Shown piece after piece: positions 18,449 to 27,439 of a DNA stretch of 39,082 nt (position 1 is its first letter; the number at the start of each line of letters is the position of its first letter). Under the pieces are notes generated by a model. The model made no database searches. It saw nothing but the letters and a program-made list of their open reading frames with translations, and was not told the DNA's origin. The translations under genes were made by a program, and so were the position numbers. This stretch comes from a virus. Its lineage: Duplodnaviria > Caudoviricetes. Location of the stretch: positions 1-39,082 of the IMG/VR virus record IMGVR_UViG_3300027653_000032; one strand, written 5' to 3'.

Positions 18449-18452
18449 ATAT

Positions 18453-18602
18453 TCAATCGTCCCCTTTCTCTTTCTCTGCCTCGCGTATTTTAAGCTGCTT
18501 ATAAAGACGGAAGCGTTCGGACTGTAATCGCCCGATGTCCGCCCGCTTACTTCTAATTTCCGCCTTATTTTTGTTTAACTTACGATGTATATCCCGCGTC
18601 AT
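18453..18602 (-). CDS. 49-aa basic coiled-coil protein (not in ORF track)
   Basis: ATGA-coupled; MTRDIHRKLNKNKAEIRSKRADIGRLQSERFRLYKQLKIREAEKEKGDD fills the gap before nrdJ. Confidence 0.6.
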   Translation of the reverse strand: MTRDIHRKLNKNKAEIRSKRADIGRLQSERFRLYKQLKIREAEKEKGDD

Positions 18603-18922
18603 ATCTCGATATCCTCGTCTTCATCTTCGCTTAGAGCCTCTATAAGCTCGTATAATTCCTCGGCCTTGCGGCGATCCATTTCGTCCTGTACCGCGTTAAA
18701 TAGTAAATAACCGCCAAGCAAGACGACATTAGCGACGCCTATCCATGCGGTAATATTCGAAAATAATTCCGTTGATATGCCGAGCTTATTGCCGGTAAAT
18801 TCGCCAGCAACATAGCCTATATAATAAAAGGCGTATATGTTAGCGATTAATAGCCCGATAGTTATGATAATAACCGTTAAAAAAGCGATCAAGCTTCCGA
18901 TAAATTTTCCGATTGCTTCCAT
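18599..18922 (-). CDS. membrane protein
   Basis: two hydrophobic helices and an acidic tail. Confidence 0.7.
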   Translation of the reverse strand: MEAIGKFIGSLIAFLTVIIITIGLLIANIYAFYYIGYVAGEFTGNKLGISTELFSNITAWIGVANVVLLGGYLLFNAVQDEMDRRKAEELYELIEALSEDEDEDIEI

Positions 18923-19456
18923 TTATTTCGGCCCCTCCTTTTCGATACATCCTTCTTGCATCGCCCACGCCAGTCCGATTGCTACGGCGTCTGCCCTATC
19001 GTCTAGCAATCGCCCACGAGGCGTATATAGCTCCGATTTAACGTCGTCGCCTAATATTCGGATAACGCCCTTGGCGACCTGCTCCTTCGACGCCCAGCCG
19101 CTGCCACCGACGAAATTCTTGACGCGAGAGGCGACTATTTCGTTGGCCTCCGGAACCTCATAATCAAATACGGCAAGCGCCCGATCAACGCTCGCCCATG
19201 CGCCAAATACGAGCTGAGTACCGCGCTTGCTACCGCCTTTAATAAACTTTTCTCGCACAATAGCGTCAATATTGTCGTAGCCGTGTCGGTATATAAAGTC
19301 GGTAACAAACGCCTGTATCAAGTCAAAGCGCTGGGCGTCCGATAAGTCAGCCGATGTTTCGAGATGGTCGACGGCTAGGAGCTTAGGCCTACCGTCCTTA
19401 ATTTCGAGCAAGGCGACGCCCGGCGAGGCGCTGATGTCAAAAGATAATATACGCAA
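18923..19456 (-). CDS. RuvC-like Holliday junction resolvase
   Basis: ILSFDIS...G.A, IVRE, VK.FVGG.G.ASKEQV, DDRADAVAIG. Confidence 0.85.
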   Translation of the reverse strand: MRILSFDISASPGVALLEIKDGRPKLLAVDHLETSADLSDAQRFDLIQAFVTDFIYRHGYDNIDAIVREKFIKGGSKRGTQLVFGAWASVDRALAVFDYEVPEANEIVASRVKNFVGGSGWASKEQVAKGVIRILGDDVKSELYTPRGRLLDDRADAVAIGLAWAMQEGCIEKEGPK

Positions 19457-20455
19457 TTATTCCGCCCCTTTCCGTAATTCCTCGATTTCCTCTAGCGCCC
19501 GCACGTAGCCGTTTATCTGCCATTGCGGTAGGCTAGAATACTTCGCCCGCTCGACTTGCTGGCGTAATTTCTTGACTTCTTCCTCCGATAAATCGCGGGC
19601 GCAAGCCTCTTTGAAATTATTAAACGTCCAGCCGTCAAGATTGAGCTTAGGCGGATTGTTTTCGCGAACCGCGCGGGTAACCTCGACGGCCTTGCTAAAT
19701 ACCTCGCGCTTATGCTCGTCTGTTATACGCGCACAGAACGCTCTAATGTCGGGCGTCTTTTCGTATTCTTCTTCCTTCATAAACCAGCGTTGCTTAGCGT
19801 AGTTAACGTACAGGATAACGTAATAATCTACGTCATACATATGAGCATAAGCGACTACTTGGCGGGCGTGCGATTGATCCGGCGCCCTCATCGTATGCAA
19901 GGACGTCTGTGCCGGCGTAGTCTGCTTGGATTTAATCTCGAGGCCTACGCGGATAATCTCGCCATCGTCCGTGATATATTCCATAATTCCGTCCGGCGCC
20001 CCGTAAAGGTAAAAGCGTTCGCCATCTTGCTCAACGAGTTTATTCGTTTTCGCAAACTCCTCGAACATCGGCGTCCCATCGCTATTACGTACAAATCTAA
20101 AGCGCGGCTTATTACCAGTTAATCGCTCGTAATTACGTTCAATCGCAAGCAATTCGCGCTGGATAAGGTCGCCGCCAAGTGTTCCTAGCTTTTGCCAGCG
20201 CCCTTGATGAGGTTGATTGCGTCGCTTATCCTTGACCTTATTGCCGTACTTGGCTTTGATGTAAAGCTCGCGAGGGCAAGCGCCTAATGCCGACGGGCTA
20301 AAATACAGATAATCTCGCTTAGGCCAAACTTGCGGTGGATTAGCGTACCATTGCGCTATTTGTGAGTCTAGCTCGTTATCCCACGTTTCGGGCAAGCTAA
20401 ACCAGTCGTCCAATAATGCGATTAAATCTCCTTCGATCTGCGTTGATAAGTCCAT
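19457..20455 (-). CDS. Cas4-like / PD-(D/E)XK exonuclease
   Basis: FSPS..G.CPRELY, G.PDG, GLEIKSK, H..Q...Y; ATG 20455 behind AAAGGAG. Confidence 0.75.
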   Translation of the reverse strand: MDLSTQIEGDLIALLDDWFSLPETWDNELDSQIAQWYANPPQVWPKRDYLYFSPSALGACPRELYIKAKYGNKVKDKRRNQPHQGRWQKLGTLGGDLIQRELLAIERNYERLTGNKPRFRFVRNSDGTPMFEEFAKTNKLVEQDGERFYLYGAPDGIMEYITDDGEIIRVGLEIKSKQTTPAQTSLHTMRAPDQSHARQVVAYAHMYDVDYYVILYVNYAKQRWFMKEEEYEKTPDIRAFCARITDEHKREVFSKAVEVTRAVRENNPPKLNLDGWTFNNFKEACARDLSEEEVKKLRQQVERAKYSSLPQWQINGYVRALEEIEELRKGAE

Positions 20456-20474
20456 TTTATCGTCTCCTTTTTGT

Positions 20475-22670
20475 TTATAGTCCCGGAACAGGGGTCCCAT
20501 TTAAATACTCTTCGGCGGTAATACTCTCGCCCCATCGTCGCTGTATCTCAATATCAGACGCATTATCTACGCCATCCAACAAATAGCTTTGCGTCATGAT
20601 ACGGTCAATTTCCGCTATGTCTTCCGCCGATAAATCATCGCCGGTATAAAGCACTATCTCGTCATGTATGGGCGCAAACCATTGCCAGCCGCGAGCCTTT
20701 ACGAGTTTATCAAGCTCAATCATCGTTACCTTAGTTTGTATCGCCGCCAATCCCTGTACCATCGCGTTAGGCGCCTGTCTCATAGCTTGGCTTATTGCGC
20801 TATTATGCTTACGGTCGTCCTCGTACTCATCGCTCCAATACTTGCCGTAAGGTATGCGCTTAGGTCGTTTGCGGGCGTCCGGCAATCGTCTCTTACGCGC
20901 CTTATCGCCAATCCATACGAAGCCGTTACGCTTGGCAAATGCCTGCGCCTTATCGATAAATGCGCCAATCTTTTTATACGTGTCAAAGAACGTCTGCCTA
21001 AACTCCTCGGCTTCGTCTACGCTTATACCAAGCGTCCTCGATAGTCCGAATTTAGATGCGCCGTACATGCTCGATAATAGTACGACCTTCATTTGCGACC
21101 TTTCGGGCGTATCCGATCCGTCAGGCAGCTTGTAGCACTCCTCGTAAGGCTTACCGAAAAATCGGCTTGCCAGCGTCGCATAAGCGTCAACTCCCCGAGC
21201 AAATGCGTCGAGCAGTACTTCTTCCTGCGATAGGCTTGCGATAATACGGACTTCCTGCGCGGCAAAGTCGGCATTGACGATATAGTGTCCCGGCGGCGCT
21301 ACGAACATCTTGCGGGCATCGCCCGACTGATTTTGTATATTAAACGATCCGCCCCCGCCCGAGCTAAACCTGCCCGTCTTTGCCCCGTTCTGATTAAGGC
21401 GCGTATGTATACGCCCGGTTTTCGGATTAATAAGCTGAGGCAAAGCGTCGTAGTACGTCGATAATAGCTTAGTAATCTCTCGGTACTCTAGCAGGTCGGC
21501 TATAACCGGAAACTCCTTGGCGAGTGGCTTTAGCGTATTTTTGGCGTTAGTATCCTTGATAGAGCGTCCAATATGCTCCTCGATAGCACCTTTTAACTGC
21601 GCCGGACTATTAAGGTTTATATCGCCCAAGTGCTTAACGACGTTGTCATGCGCTTTGCTTGCCTTTTTGCGTAACTCCTCGGCATATCGTTTAGCATGAT
21701 CAGTATCAATATCGTAGCCTCTAAGCTCAATATCGCTAACAATCGCCATTAACGGCATTTCGACGTTTAAGAAGTAGTCGAGTATATTGCCGTGCTTAGC
21801 GAGATGGTGTCGCTGGAACTTGTAAAGCCTGTACGTCAAATCGCCGTCTTTAGCGGCGTAAGCTAAGGCTGTCTCAAGGTCTATCTCGTTAAATCCGACT
21901 TGTCCGAATAGCTCGCCGTAGGTATATGAGTTATCTCGCAGGTACTTGGTAGCTAACGGCTTTAGAGCATAGCTTGGCTCATTTTCGTTGAGCAAGCGCA
22001 TAGCCTCTATCGTATCCCAATACAAGCCTTTTAGTTCGATGTCTAGGTCGTTTTTAAGCATTTGAATATCGAATTTAGCGTTATGCGCAATCTTTTTAAT
22101 CGTCTTATCTTCGTAAATGCTACGCAATTCCTCCGCCACATAACCTCGTTCTAATTGCGGTATGCTTGAATCATCGTGATCGGTAGGCACATAATAATGA
22201 TTATCGGCGCTTGTCGCTGATAATACGTGTCCTACGATTTTATCGGAATAAACGTCCGTGCCGGTCGTTTCGACGTCAAAAACGATTTTGTCTTCTTCAT
22301 TCAAATATTCTATAACTACCTCGAGTTCCTTTTTATTCGTAACTAAAACGTATTTATCCGGCATGTTATCGACAAGTTCTTTTAGTCTATTGCGTCGCTC
22401 TAATTCTTCTAATTCCGCCCATAGGCGCAAAGCCTCCGCCTTGCTAAAGCGCTTGCCCGCGCTTCCCGGCTCTCGTCCGATAACGCCGTTTTCCATAGCT
22501 TGTTTTACGGATTTTAGGCGGGTCTCGTCCGTCGGGCTGTTTTTCATATTAAATATCCGTATCCACGCTTCCTCGATTGTTTCCTTGCTTTGACGGCGCT
22601 TAGCCGCCGCTTTGCTCAGGCTCTTATCCTTGTTAGGGCGCGGATTGTTAAGCCTTATGTTTTTGCCCAT
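20475..22670 (-). CDS. polA: family A DNA polymerase with 3'-5' exonuclease domain
   Basis: FDVETTG, HNAKFD, YAAKD exo motifs; TGRFSS, ADFAAQEVR (A), R...K...L...YG (B), IHDE (C). Confidence 0.95.
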   Translation of the reverse strand: MGKNIRLNNPRPNKDKSLSKAAAKRRQSKETIEEAWIRIFNMKNSPTDETRLKSVKQAMENGVIGREPGSAGKRFSKAEALRLWAELEELERRNRLKELVDNMPDKYVLVTNKKELEVVIEYLNEEDKIVFDVETTGTDVYSDKIVGHVLSATSADNHYYVPTDHDDSSIPQLERGYVAEELRSIYEDKTIKKIAHNAKFDIQMLKNDLDIELKGLYWDTIEAMRLLNENEPSYALKPLATKYLRDNSYTYGELFGQVGFNEIDLETALAYAAKDGDLTYRLYKFQRHHLAKHGNILDYFLNVEMPLMAIVSDIELRGYDIDTDHAKRYAEELRKKASKAHDNVVKHLGDINLNSPAQLKGAIEEHIGRSIKDTNAKNTLKPLAKEFPVIADLLEYREITKLLSTYYDALPQLINPKTGRIHTRLNQNGAKTGRFSSGGGGSFNIQNQSGDARKMFVAPPGHYIVNADFAAQEVRIIASLSQEEVLLDAFARGVDAYATLASRFFGKPYEECYKLPDGSDTPERSQMKVVLLSSMYGASKFGLSRTLGISVDEAEEFRQTFFDTYKKIGAFIDKAQAFAKRNGFVWIGDKARKRRLPDARKRPKRIPYGKYWSDEYEDDRKHNSAISQAMRQAPNAMVQGLAAIQTKVTMIELDKLVKARGWQWFAPIHDEIVLYTGDDLSAEDIAEIDRIMTQSYLLDGVDNASDIEIQRRWGESITAEEYLNGTPVPGL

Positions 22671-22688
22671 AGTAACACCCCTTAAGGT

Positions 22689-22853
22689 TTAGAGATATTT
22701 AAAATCTCCGTAATTGTCCCTGAATATTTCGACCGCAAAATCGAACCCTTGCCAATTATCAACACCGGCAGCCTCTAATGATTCAAAGAAGTTTTGCACC
22801 TCTTTTAACATTTCGTACTCATTTTTACTAATGGTAATTTTGTTTTCGGACAT
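22689..22853 (-). CDS. small conserved-looking phage protein
   Basis: ATG 22853 behind AGGAGG; LEAAGVDNWQGF. Confidence 0.65.
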   Translation of the reverse strand: MSENKITISKNEYEMLKEVQNFFESLEAAGVDNWQGFDFAVEIFRDNYGDFKYL

Positions 22854-22870
22854 ATTTGTCCTCCTCCTTC

Positions 22871-23071
22871 TCACTCGATATTCATATTCCAATAATAATC
22901 GCAGACAATCTCGATATTAGCGTCCGCCCACTCGTAAAAACACGTCTTGTCGCAAAAATACTTCTCACTATATTCGTCCCAATACAGATTGTCGTAGTAT
23001 TGCTCCGAGCCGCAATTGTCGCAATTTACGAGCGGTTCCTCATGCAGTTCGGGCGGTCTAAACCTGTCCAT
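22871..23071 (-). CDS. small zinc-binding protein
   Basis: CDNC...FCDKTC; 66 aa. Confidence 0.65.
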   Translation of the reverse strand: MDRFRPPELHEEPLVNCDNCGSEQYYDNLYWDEYSEKYFCDKTCFYEWADANIEIVCDYYWNMNIE

Positions 23072-23125
23072 CCTCGACGCCCCCTTCTAACGAATGTTGG
23101 GTCTCGTCAGGTACCGCAAAGACCC

Positions 23126-23530
23126 TTAAATTTCGTAAAATATCTCCGTCCATTTATCTCTCACCTCGCTCGCCTTTACCCAATATTCGCGCAATCCCTC
23201 GTTAGGGAACATGAATACCCGCCCCTGCCATACGGCTATAAAGCTATCTACCTCGTCTGGCGGATACGGCTTACCGCTTGCTGGCACGCCTCTTACGACT
23301 AAATAGGCGTCGCCATACCGTCTTATATCCTCGTCCGAGTCGCGTAAATATGCCGTCTTAACCTGTACATACATCGTTTCTCTTGTCGTCGGATTACGCA
23401 CGGCAAGGTCGAAAGGCTCGGGCGCTATCGGCTCTAGTACGGTATATCCGTTAGCTAATAGCGCCGTCTGCGCAAGTAGTTCAGCATGCTTGCCTTTTTC
23501 TGTCGTTGTTAATGTCGTCAAAGCCTCCAA
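23126..23530 (-). CDS. PD-(D/E)XK endonuclease (group I intron-associated type fold)
   Basis: KG..AEL, L..GY.V..P, PFDL, VQVKT. Confidence 0.75.
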   Translation of the reverse strand: MEALTTLTTTEKGKHAELLAQTALLANGYTVLEPIAPEPFDLAVRNPTTRETMYVQVKTAYLRDSDEDIRRYGDAYLVVRGVPASGKPYPPDEVDSFIAVWQGRVFMFPNEGLREYWVKASEVRDKWTEIFYEI

Positions 23531-23548
23531 ATAATCGCCCGCCCTTCG

Positions 23549-24268
23549 TTAAAAATCGTAATCCTCGTACTCTTCCTTGCTCGCCCCATCCGCTTTTTCG
23601 GGCGCCTCTAGTCCGACCAAGCTAATATCAAAGCCCGCTTTAATAAGGTTTTCGACTTGTTCGTCATAGCTGGCCTCGTAGTTAATGCCTTCGAATTTAG
23701 AATGGTCAAACTCTTCGGGTGCTTTTTCGAGGTTGGCGCGTTGCCCGTCCGTTAAGTCCTCGTCCGGAAACATGACCGGCGTTAATGATACGGTTGTTGA
23801 CGTACCTTTGCCCGTTTTTGCAAGCTCAAAAGCCATCTTGTCTAATCGTCCGCTAAATTTTTTAATTACGCCGTGGATTGCTTGGGCTTGGTTTTTTGAT
23901 ACGTCAATAACGATTTGCTCGCCGCTTGTTAAATCGTAAAAGCCCATTGCAAAGCGTAGTCTAGCGCGGTACTTACTCGCCTCCTGCGAATGCTCGTCCG
24001 TCCAATCCGTCGACTTGTCTTTATGATACTTGTAGGCTAAGTCCCAAGGCGTCAAGTCGTCGATAGGATTGCCGTATTTGTCCCGCTTAGGCTGTTTTTC
24101 CGGCACAAAGCTATTGACAACGTTAAAGATGCCGTAGGAATAGAACGGCTTAATGTCCCGGTCGCCTAACACCTTTACGTAAAACTTACTACCGCTTTTA
24201 AACGAGGTAAACTCGTTATTTGTAGCGCTAGAATTATCCGCATATAAAAGGTCTAAAACGTCTGCCAT
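23549..24268 (-). CDS. single-stranded DNA-binding protein (phage type)
   Basis: ATG 24268 behind AAGGAG; K.GKGT.T...L.P motif and acidic C-terminus ending YEDYDF; located in replication module. Confidence 0.7.
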   Translation of the reverse strand: MADVLDLLYADNSSATNNEFTSFKSGSKFYVKVLGDRDIKPFYSYGIFNVVNSFVPEKQPKRDKYGNPIDDLTPWDLAYKYHKDKSTDWTDEHSQEASKYRARLRFAMGFYDLTSGEQIVIDVSKNQAQAIHGVIKKFSGRLDKMAFELAKTGKGTSTTVSLTPVMFPDEDLTDGQRANLEKAPEEFDHSKFEGINYEASYDEQVENLIKAGFDISLVGLEAPEKADGASKEEYEDYDF

Positions 24269-24309
24269 CTTATCAATCTCCTTTAATATTATTAATAAAA
24301 GACGGAATC

Positions 24310-24493
24310 GCGTAAGGTGCGCATATCTTACGCTTGGCCCGCGCTCGCGAAACGCATGGCTTATCCGCCTTAAACAACGTCCTACGTCGTTGCTCACCGC
24401 TTTCCAGTCCGTTAGGATATATAATCCCCGCCAACTAGCGCGCATTATTGCTCGGTAGGGCGTTGATTAAGGCGGGCGACCATTTAGACGGTC
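24310..24493 (-). ncRNA. putative structured leader RNA upstream of ssb
   Basis: 21-nt arms 24365-85 and 24455-75 pair at 19/21; extra hairpins at 24310-33 and 24341-55. Confidence 0.45.
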
Positions 24494-24494
24494 G

Positions 24495-25007
24495 CTATCC
24501 GCTAATTACCTCTATCGCTCTTTCTTTCGCCTGCCATTCGTCTGTGAGGCGCTCGATTCGGCGCGCTACTCCGTCAGCATACGCCTGCTTGTCGTTTATC
24601 CTGCCCTCGATAAGCTCGCGTATTTTAGGATTACGAGCCTTTGCCCGATTAACCGCCATTTCGCCGATTTCCTTCAAAGCCTCCGCATATTCCAGCTCTA
24701 GCTCGCGAATGGTGCGGGTATATTCTCGCTTTAACTTGCGTAATTCTCGCTCCAGCGTCGGCTTTAAAAAGTCCGCGCTCAAAGCGTCGTATACTGTAAT
24801 GATTGCGTTAGTCATACCGTCGATTACTAGCCTAATATCGTCGACTTGATAGATAAGGCCGTTTTTGCCGTTAGAAGCGATATATTTAGCCTTGCCCATC
24901 AAGTCGTTAAACCAGCTCGCCGCGCTTTCGGGCGCAATGCCAAAACGTAGCTCGGCGCGCTCGATCGCGTGCGCTGTCGGCTGGTATTTATGCGTTAGAG
25001 TATCCAT
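24495..25007 (-). CDS. hypothetical protein, N-terminal T.HA.ER...RF domain plus coiled coil
   Basis: 170 aa, GGAGG RBS. Confidence 0.7.
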   Translation of the reverse strand: MDTLTHKYQPTAHAIERAELRFGIAPESAASWFNDLMGKAKYIASNGKNGLIYQVDDIRLVIDGMTNAIITVYDALSADFLKPTLERELRKLKREYTRTIRELELEYAEALKEIGEMAVNRAKARNPKIRELIEGRINDKQAYADGVARRIERLTDEWQAKERAIEVISG

Positions 25008-25147
25008 ACTACCGCCTCCTCTAAAGCCTCAAACGAGGTTAGCACGTTATTAGCATCGTCGTCATATTTACAGCCGTGATATAATTCATATGTTTCCTCT
25101 ATGATTTCGGCGTTAGTTTTTATTTTATCGTTGGTTAAATCTGTCAT
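24995..25147 (-). CDS. 50-aa acidic hypothetical protein (not in ORF track)
   Basis: GGAGG RBS; MTDLTNDKIKTNAEIIEETYELYHGCKYDDD... Confidence 0.55.
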   Translation of the reverse strand: MTDLTNDKIKTNAEIIEETYELYHGCKYDDDANNVLTSFEALEEAVVWIL

Positions 25148-25189
25148 TGTATAAAGTCCTCCAATCGTGCTATACTATAAATAGGCTTT

Positions 25190-25726
25190 CTAAATAGCCT
25201 CCGCGATATATTCGCGGCAATCAGCTCGGAAACGTTGGATAAATTTACGATGCGATTCGGGATTTCCGCCAATCGATTGCGCCAACAATCGGGAAATCTC
25301 CGAGTTATTATCGTTGCCTAGCGTCCAACTTCCGACTATCATTTCTTTGCGACGGTCGTCCTGCGCCAACAGGGCGGCCGTTTCTTTTGAAATTACCTCG
25401 CCTTCGACGTCCGCCAAAACGTCCTCAGGCTCAAATTCCATCTCCTCGCCATCGTCGCCAAGCGTGGCTAGTGTCGTAAATAATTCGGCATCTTCCTTTT
25501 TGCCTCGGCGCCGGTAATCTGACGCCTCCTGCTGGATAAGTCGCTCGATGTAATTTCGGTGGCTTGTCCGATTTTTGCCTCCGCTGAGATAGCGTGCTAC
25601 CCTATTTATGCAGCGCTCCTCGAACTTGGTTTGGTCGACTACTGCGGTCCTAAGTCCGTCAGCCACTTCGTAAATCCTTCGAATGATCCACTCATTCTCG
25701 TAAACTATTAAACTAGTATTTATCAT
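25190..25726 (-). CDS. putative sigma-factor-like phage transcription regulator
   Basis: 178 aa; acidic linker (GEEMEFEPEDVLADVE) and C-terminal HTH-like helices; first gene of the leftward operon. Confidence 0.5.
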   Translation of the reverse strand: MINTSLIVYENEWIIRRIYEVADGLRTAVVDQTKFEERCINRVARYLSGGKNRTSHRNYIERLIQQEASDYRRRGKKEDAELFTTLATLGDDGEEMEFEPEDVLADVEGEVISKETAALLAQDDRRKEMIVGSWTLGNDNNSEISRLLAQSIGGNPESHRKFIQRFRADCREYIAEAI

Positions 25727-25732
25727 ATTTCT

Positions 25733-25778
25733 ACCTCCCTAATACATATCCCCCATTAAGTTGTTACTTCTGGGACAT
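25733..25778 (-). promoter_or_regulatory. conserved leader / putative phage-specific promoter
   Basis: ATGTCCCA-N17-GGGGATATGTAtTAGGGAGGT, same spacing as copy at 32398-32443. Confidence 0.6.
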
Positions 25779-25817
25779 GATTTCTAAAAAATATTTTTGT
25801 TTGTCTATTTATATCTT

Positions 25818-25897
25818 ATTATACCTACTTTAAGTTGTTTGTCAACTGTTATATTCAGACTATTTAAGTTGACTAAACACCTTAATTTTGATAAGAT
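25818..25897. promoter_or_regulatory. divergent sigmaA promoters with repeated TTAAGTTG operator-like sites
   Basis: minus TTGACA(25845-40)-N16-TATAAT(25823-18); plus TTGACT(25869-74)-N17-TAAGAT(25892-97) with TG; TTAAGTTG at 25756, 25830, 25864. Confidence 0.7.
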
Positions 25898-25916
25898 TAA
25901 ATCGGGAGGTGAAAAT

Positions 25917-26153
25917 ATGTCCATATCATACGAGAAACTCCATAAAATCCTAAATAAGAAAGGATACTCAATCGGTTATTTGATAAGTAACGGAATTATA
26001 GGCGACTTTTCGGGTCGTAAATTAAGAAGGGGCGAGCCTGTCGACTTGAAATATATCGACAACATATGCCAATTCCTACAAGTACCGATAGAGCAGATAG
26101 TCGAGATCAAGCTTGATGAGCCGAAGCAAGACTCGGACATTCAAGCAGACTAA
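25917..26153 (+). CDS. Cro/CI-type HTH repressor
   Basis: ATG 25917 behind GGGAGGT; MSISYEKL...V.L..ID.IC..L...IE.IVE pattern. Confidence 0.85.
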   Translation: MSISYEKLHKILNKKGYSIGYLISNGIIGDFSGRKLRRGEPVDLKYIDNICQFLQVPIEQIVEIKLDEPKQDSDIQAD

Positions 26154-27099
26154 TTCGCTTAGCGTTATCAAACACGCTATTTAATCTTTGGATGCCGTCG
26201 GGGCTAAGTAAAGCCTCGTTGGCATCTTTTTTATTGCCGTAATCAATCAGGTAAAGATCGACATAGCCTCGCAAAGCCTCGTAAGCCTGCCGATTAAGCC
26301 TGCGTCCCGCCTCGTCATTATCGCCCGCTAAATAAATCGTCTTAATCGGGCTGCGCTTTATCATCTCTACTTGCTCGCGACTTATGCGAGCGCCATTTAC
26401 GGCTAGCGCGGGATAGCCCAGCGTCTCCCAGCTTAAAGCGTCGATAAAGCCCTCGTTTAGGATTGCGTAATCCTCTGTTAAGTGTATGCCGTATAGTAGT
26501 TGGTTTTTAGGCAAGCCTTCGCGGTGGTAAAAGAATCGCTTATCATTAAAGCTACTGCGCCGATAAAATACGCTCGCCAGCTTGCCCTCGGCGGTAAATA
26601 TCGGAAATGCCGTAAATCCCTTATATTGCCTATCGTAGCCTATGCCGTAAAGTTCCTGGACCTGTGCGCTAATGCCTCGCCTAACTAAGTATGGGCTAAC
26701 CGCTTGCTTGACGGGATTTGCCAGCGCCTTAAATCGCTCATTTAAGCGCAGGGCAGGCTTTTTAAGCCGTATAGGCTCGTCGGGCTTATGCGCCTGTCCT
26801 ATGTCGTATTTGTCGATTAAATAGCGCTCAGCGTCCTCGATCGGTATGTCGTCAAGCAAGGCGATAAGCTTTGCGAAATTACCGCTTGCCATATCGTCAC
26901 TTATTGCGCCGCTGTCCGCCCAAGTGCCCGCGTACTCGCCCGCAAGGTTAACGAAAAAGCTCGGACGGCTTTCGTCGCGGAACGGGCTGTTAGCGATTAA
27001 TTTATCGGGTTGCCAGCGGGCGTTGTCGAATTGGTATGCGGAAAGCTCCTCCTCGATGTCGACTAGTAGTTCTTGACCGCGGATTTTAATTGCTTGCAT
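26107..27099 (-). CDS. DNA primase (TOPRIM)
   Basis: SPFR....PSF, YL..RGI, NEGFIDALS, LAGDNDEAG, KDANE; start ATG 27099. Confidence 0.88.
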   Translation of the reverse strand: MQAIKIRGQELLVDIEEELSAYQFDNARWQPDKLIANSPFRDESRPSFFVNLAGEYAGTWADSGAISDDMASGNFAKLIALLDDIPIEDAERYLIDKYDIGQAHKPDEPIRLKKPALRLNERFKALANPVKQAVSPYLVRRGISAQVQELYGIGYDRQYKGFTAFPIFTAEGKLASVFYRRSSFNDKRFFYHREGLPKNQLLYGIHLTEDYAILNEGFIDALSWETLGYPALAVNGARISREQVEMIKRSPIKTIYLAGDNDEAGRRLNRQAYEALRGYVDLYLIDYGNKKDANEALLSPDGIQRLNSVFDNAKRISLLECPSLASAHQA

Positions 27100-27439
27100 T
27101 GTCCAACAGCTCCGGATTTTCGTAAATGTTCCCAACTACTTCAAAATCAAGTCCGGACTCTTGAAACATCATAAAGTATCCGTCCAATGACTCTATACCA
27201 ATCTCAAAATAACGTTCTGTAACAATCCAGTACTCATTCGGTCGATACTCAACTATGTCACCTTCATAAACATAATTTCCATTTAAATCAAAAGCCCATA
27301 AATGTTGCATTACTATAAAATTCTCTTTATTTTCCCACTCTCCGTTACTAATTTTGATTACATTTTCACCCACGAAATCTAAATCTACCATTTCTTTATT
27401 TTCTTTATCCCATGCTCTAAACTTAATTTCTCTCATCAA
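27086..27439 (-). CDS. YopX family protein (second copy)
   Basis: MREIKFRAWD, YEGDIV, EVVGNIYENPELL; AT-rich insert between helicase and primase. Confidence 0.88.
   Translation of the reverse strand: MMREIKFRAWDKENKEMVDLDFVGENVIKISNGEWENKENFIVMQHLWAFDLNGNYVYEGDIVEYRPNEYWIVTERYFEIGIESLDGYFMMFQESGLDFEVVGNIYENPELLDNASN

Noticed and set aside
19457-20455. Cas4-like nuclease as part of a CRISPR system linked to the solitary repeat
   Set aside because: Solo Cas4-like nucleases are common next to phage polymerases; no cas1/cas2 or array present
24269-24445. 59-codon N-terminal extension of SSB in the ORF track
   Set aside because: No RBS at 24445, strong RBS at ATG 24268; region better explained as structured RNA
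24310-24493. Self-cleaving ribozyme (hammerhead, twister, pistol) in the ssb leader
   Set aside because: Conserved catalytic-core sequences were not found by eye; only generic structure is supported
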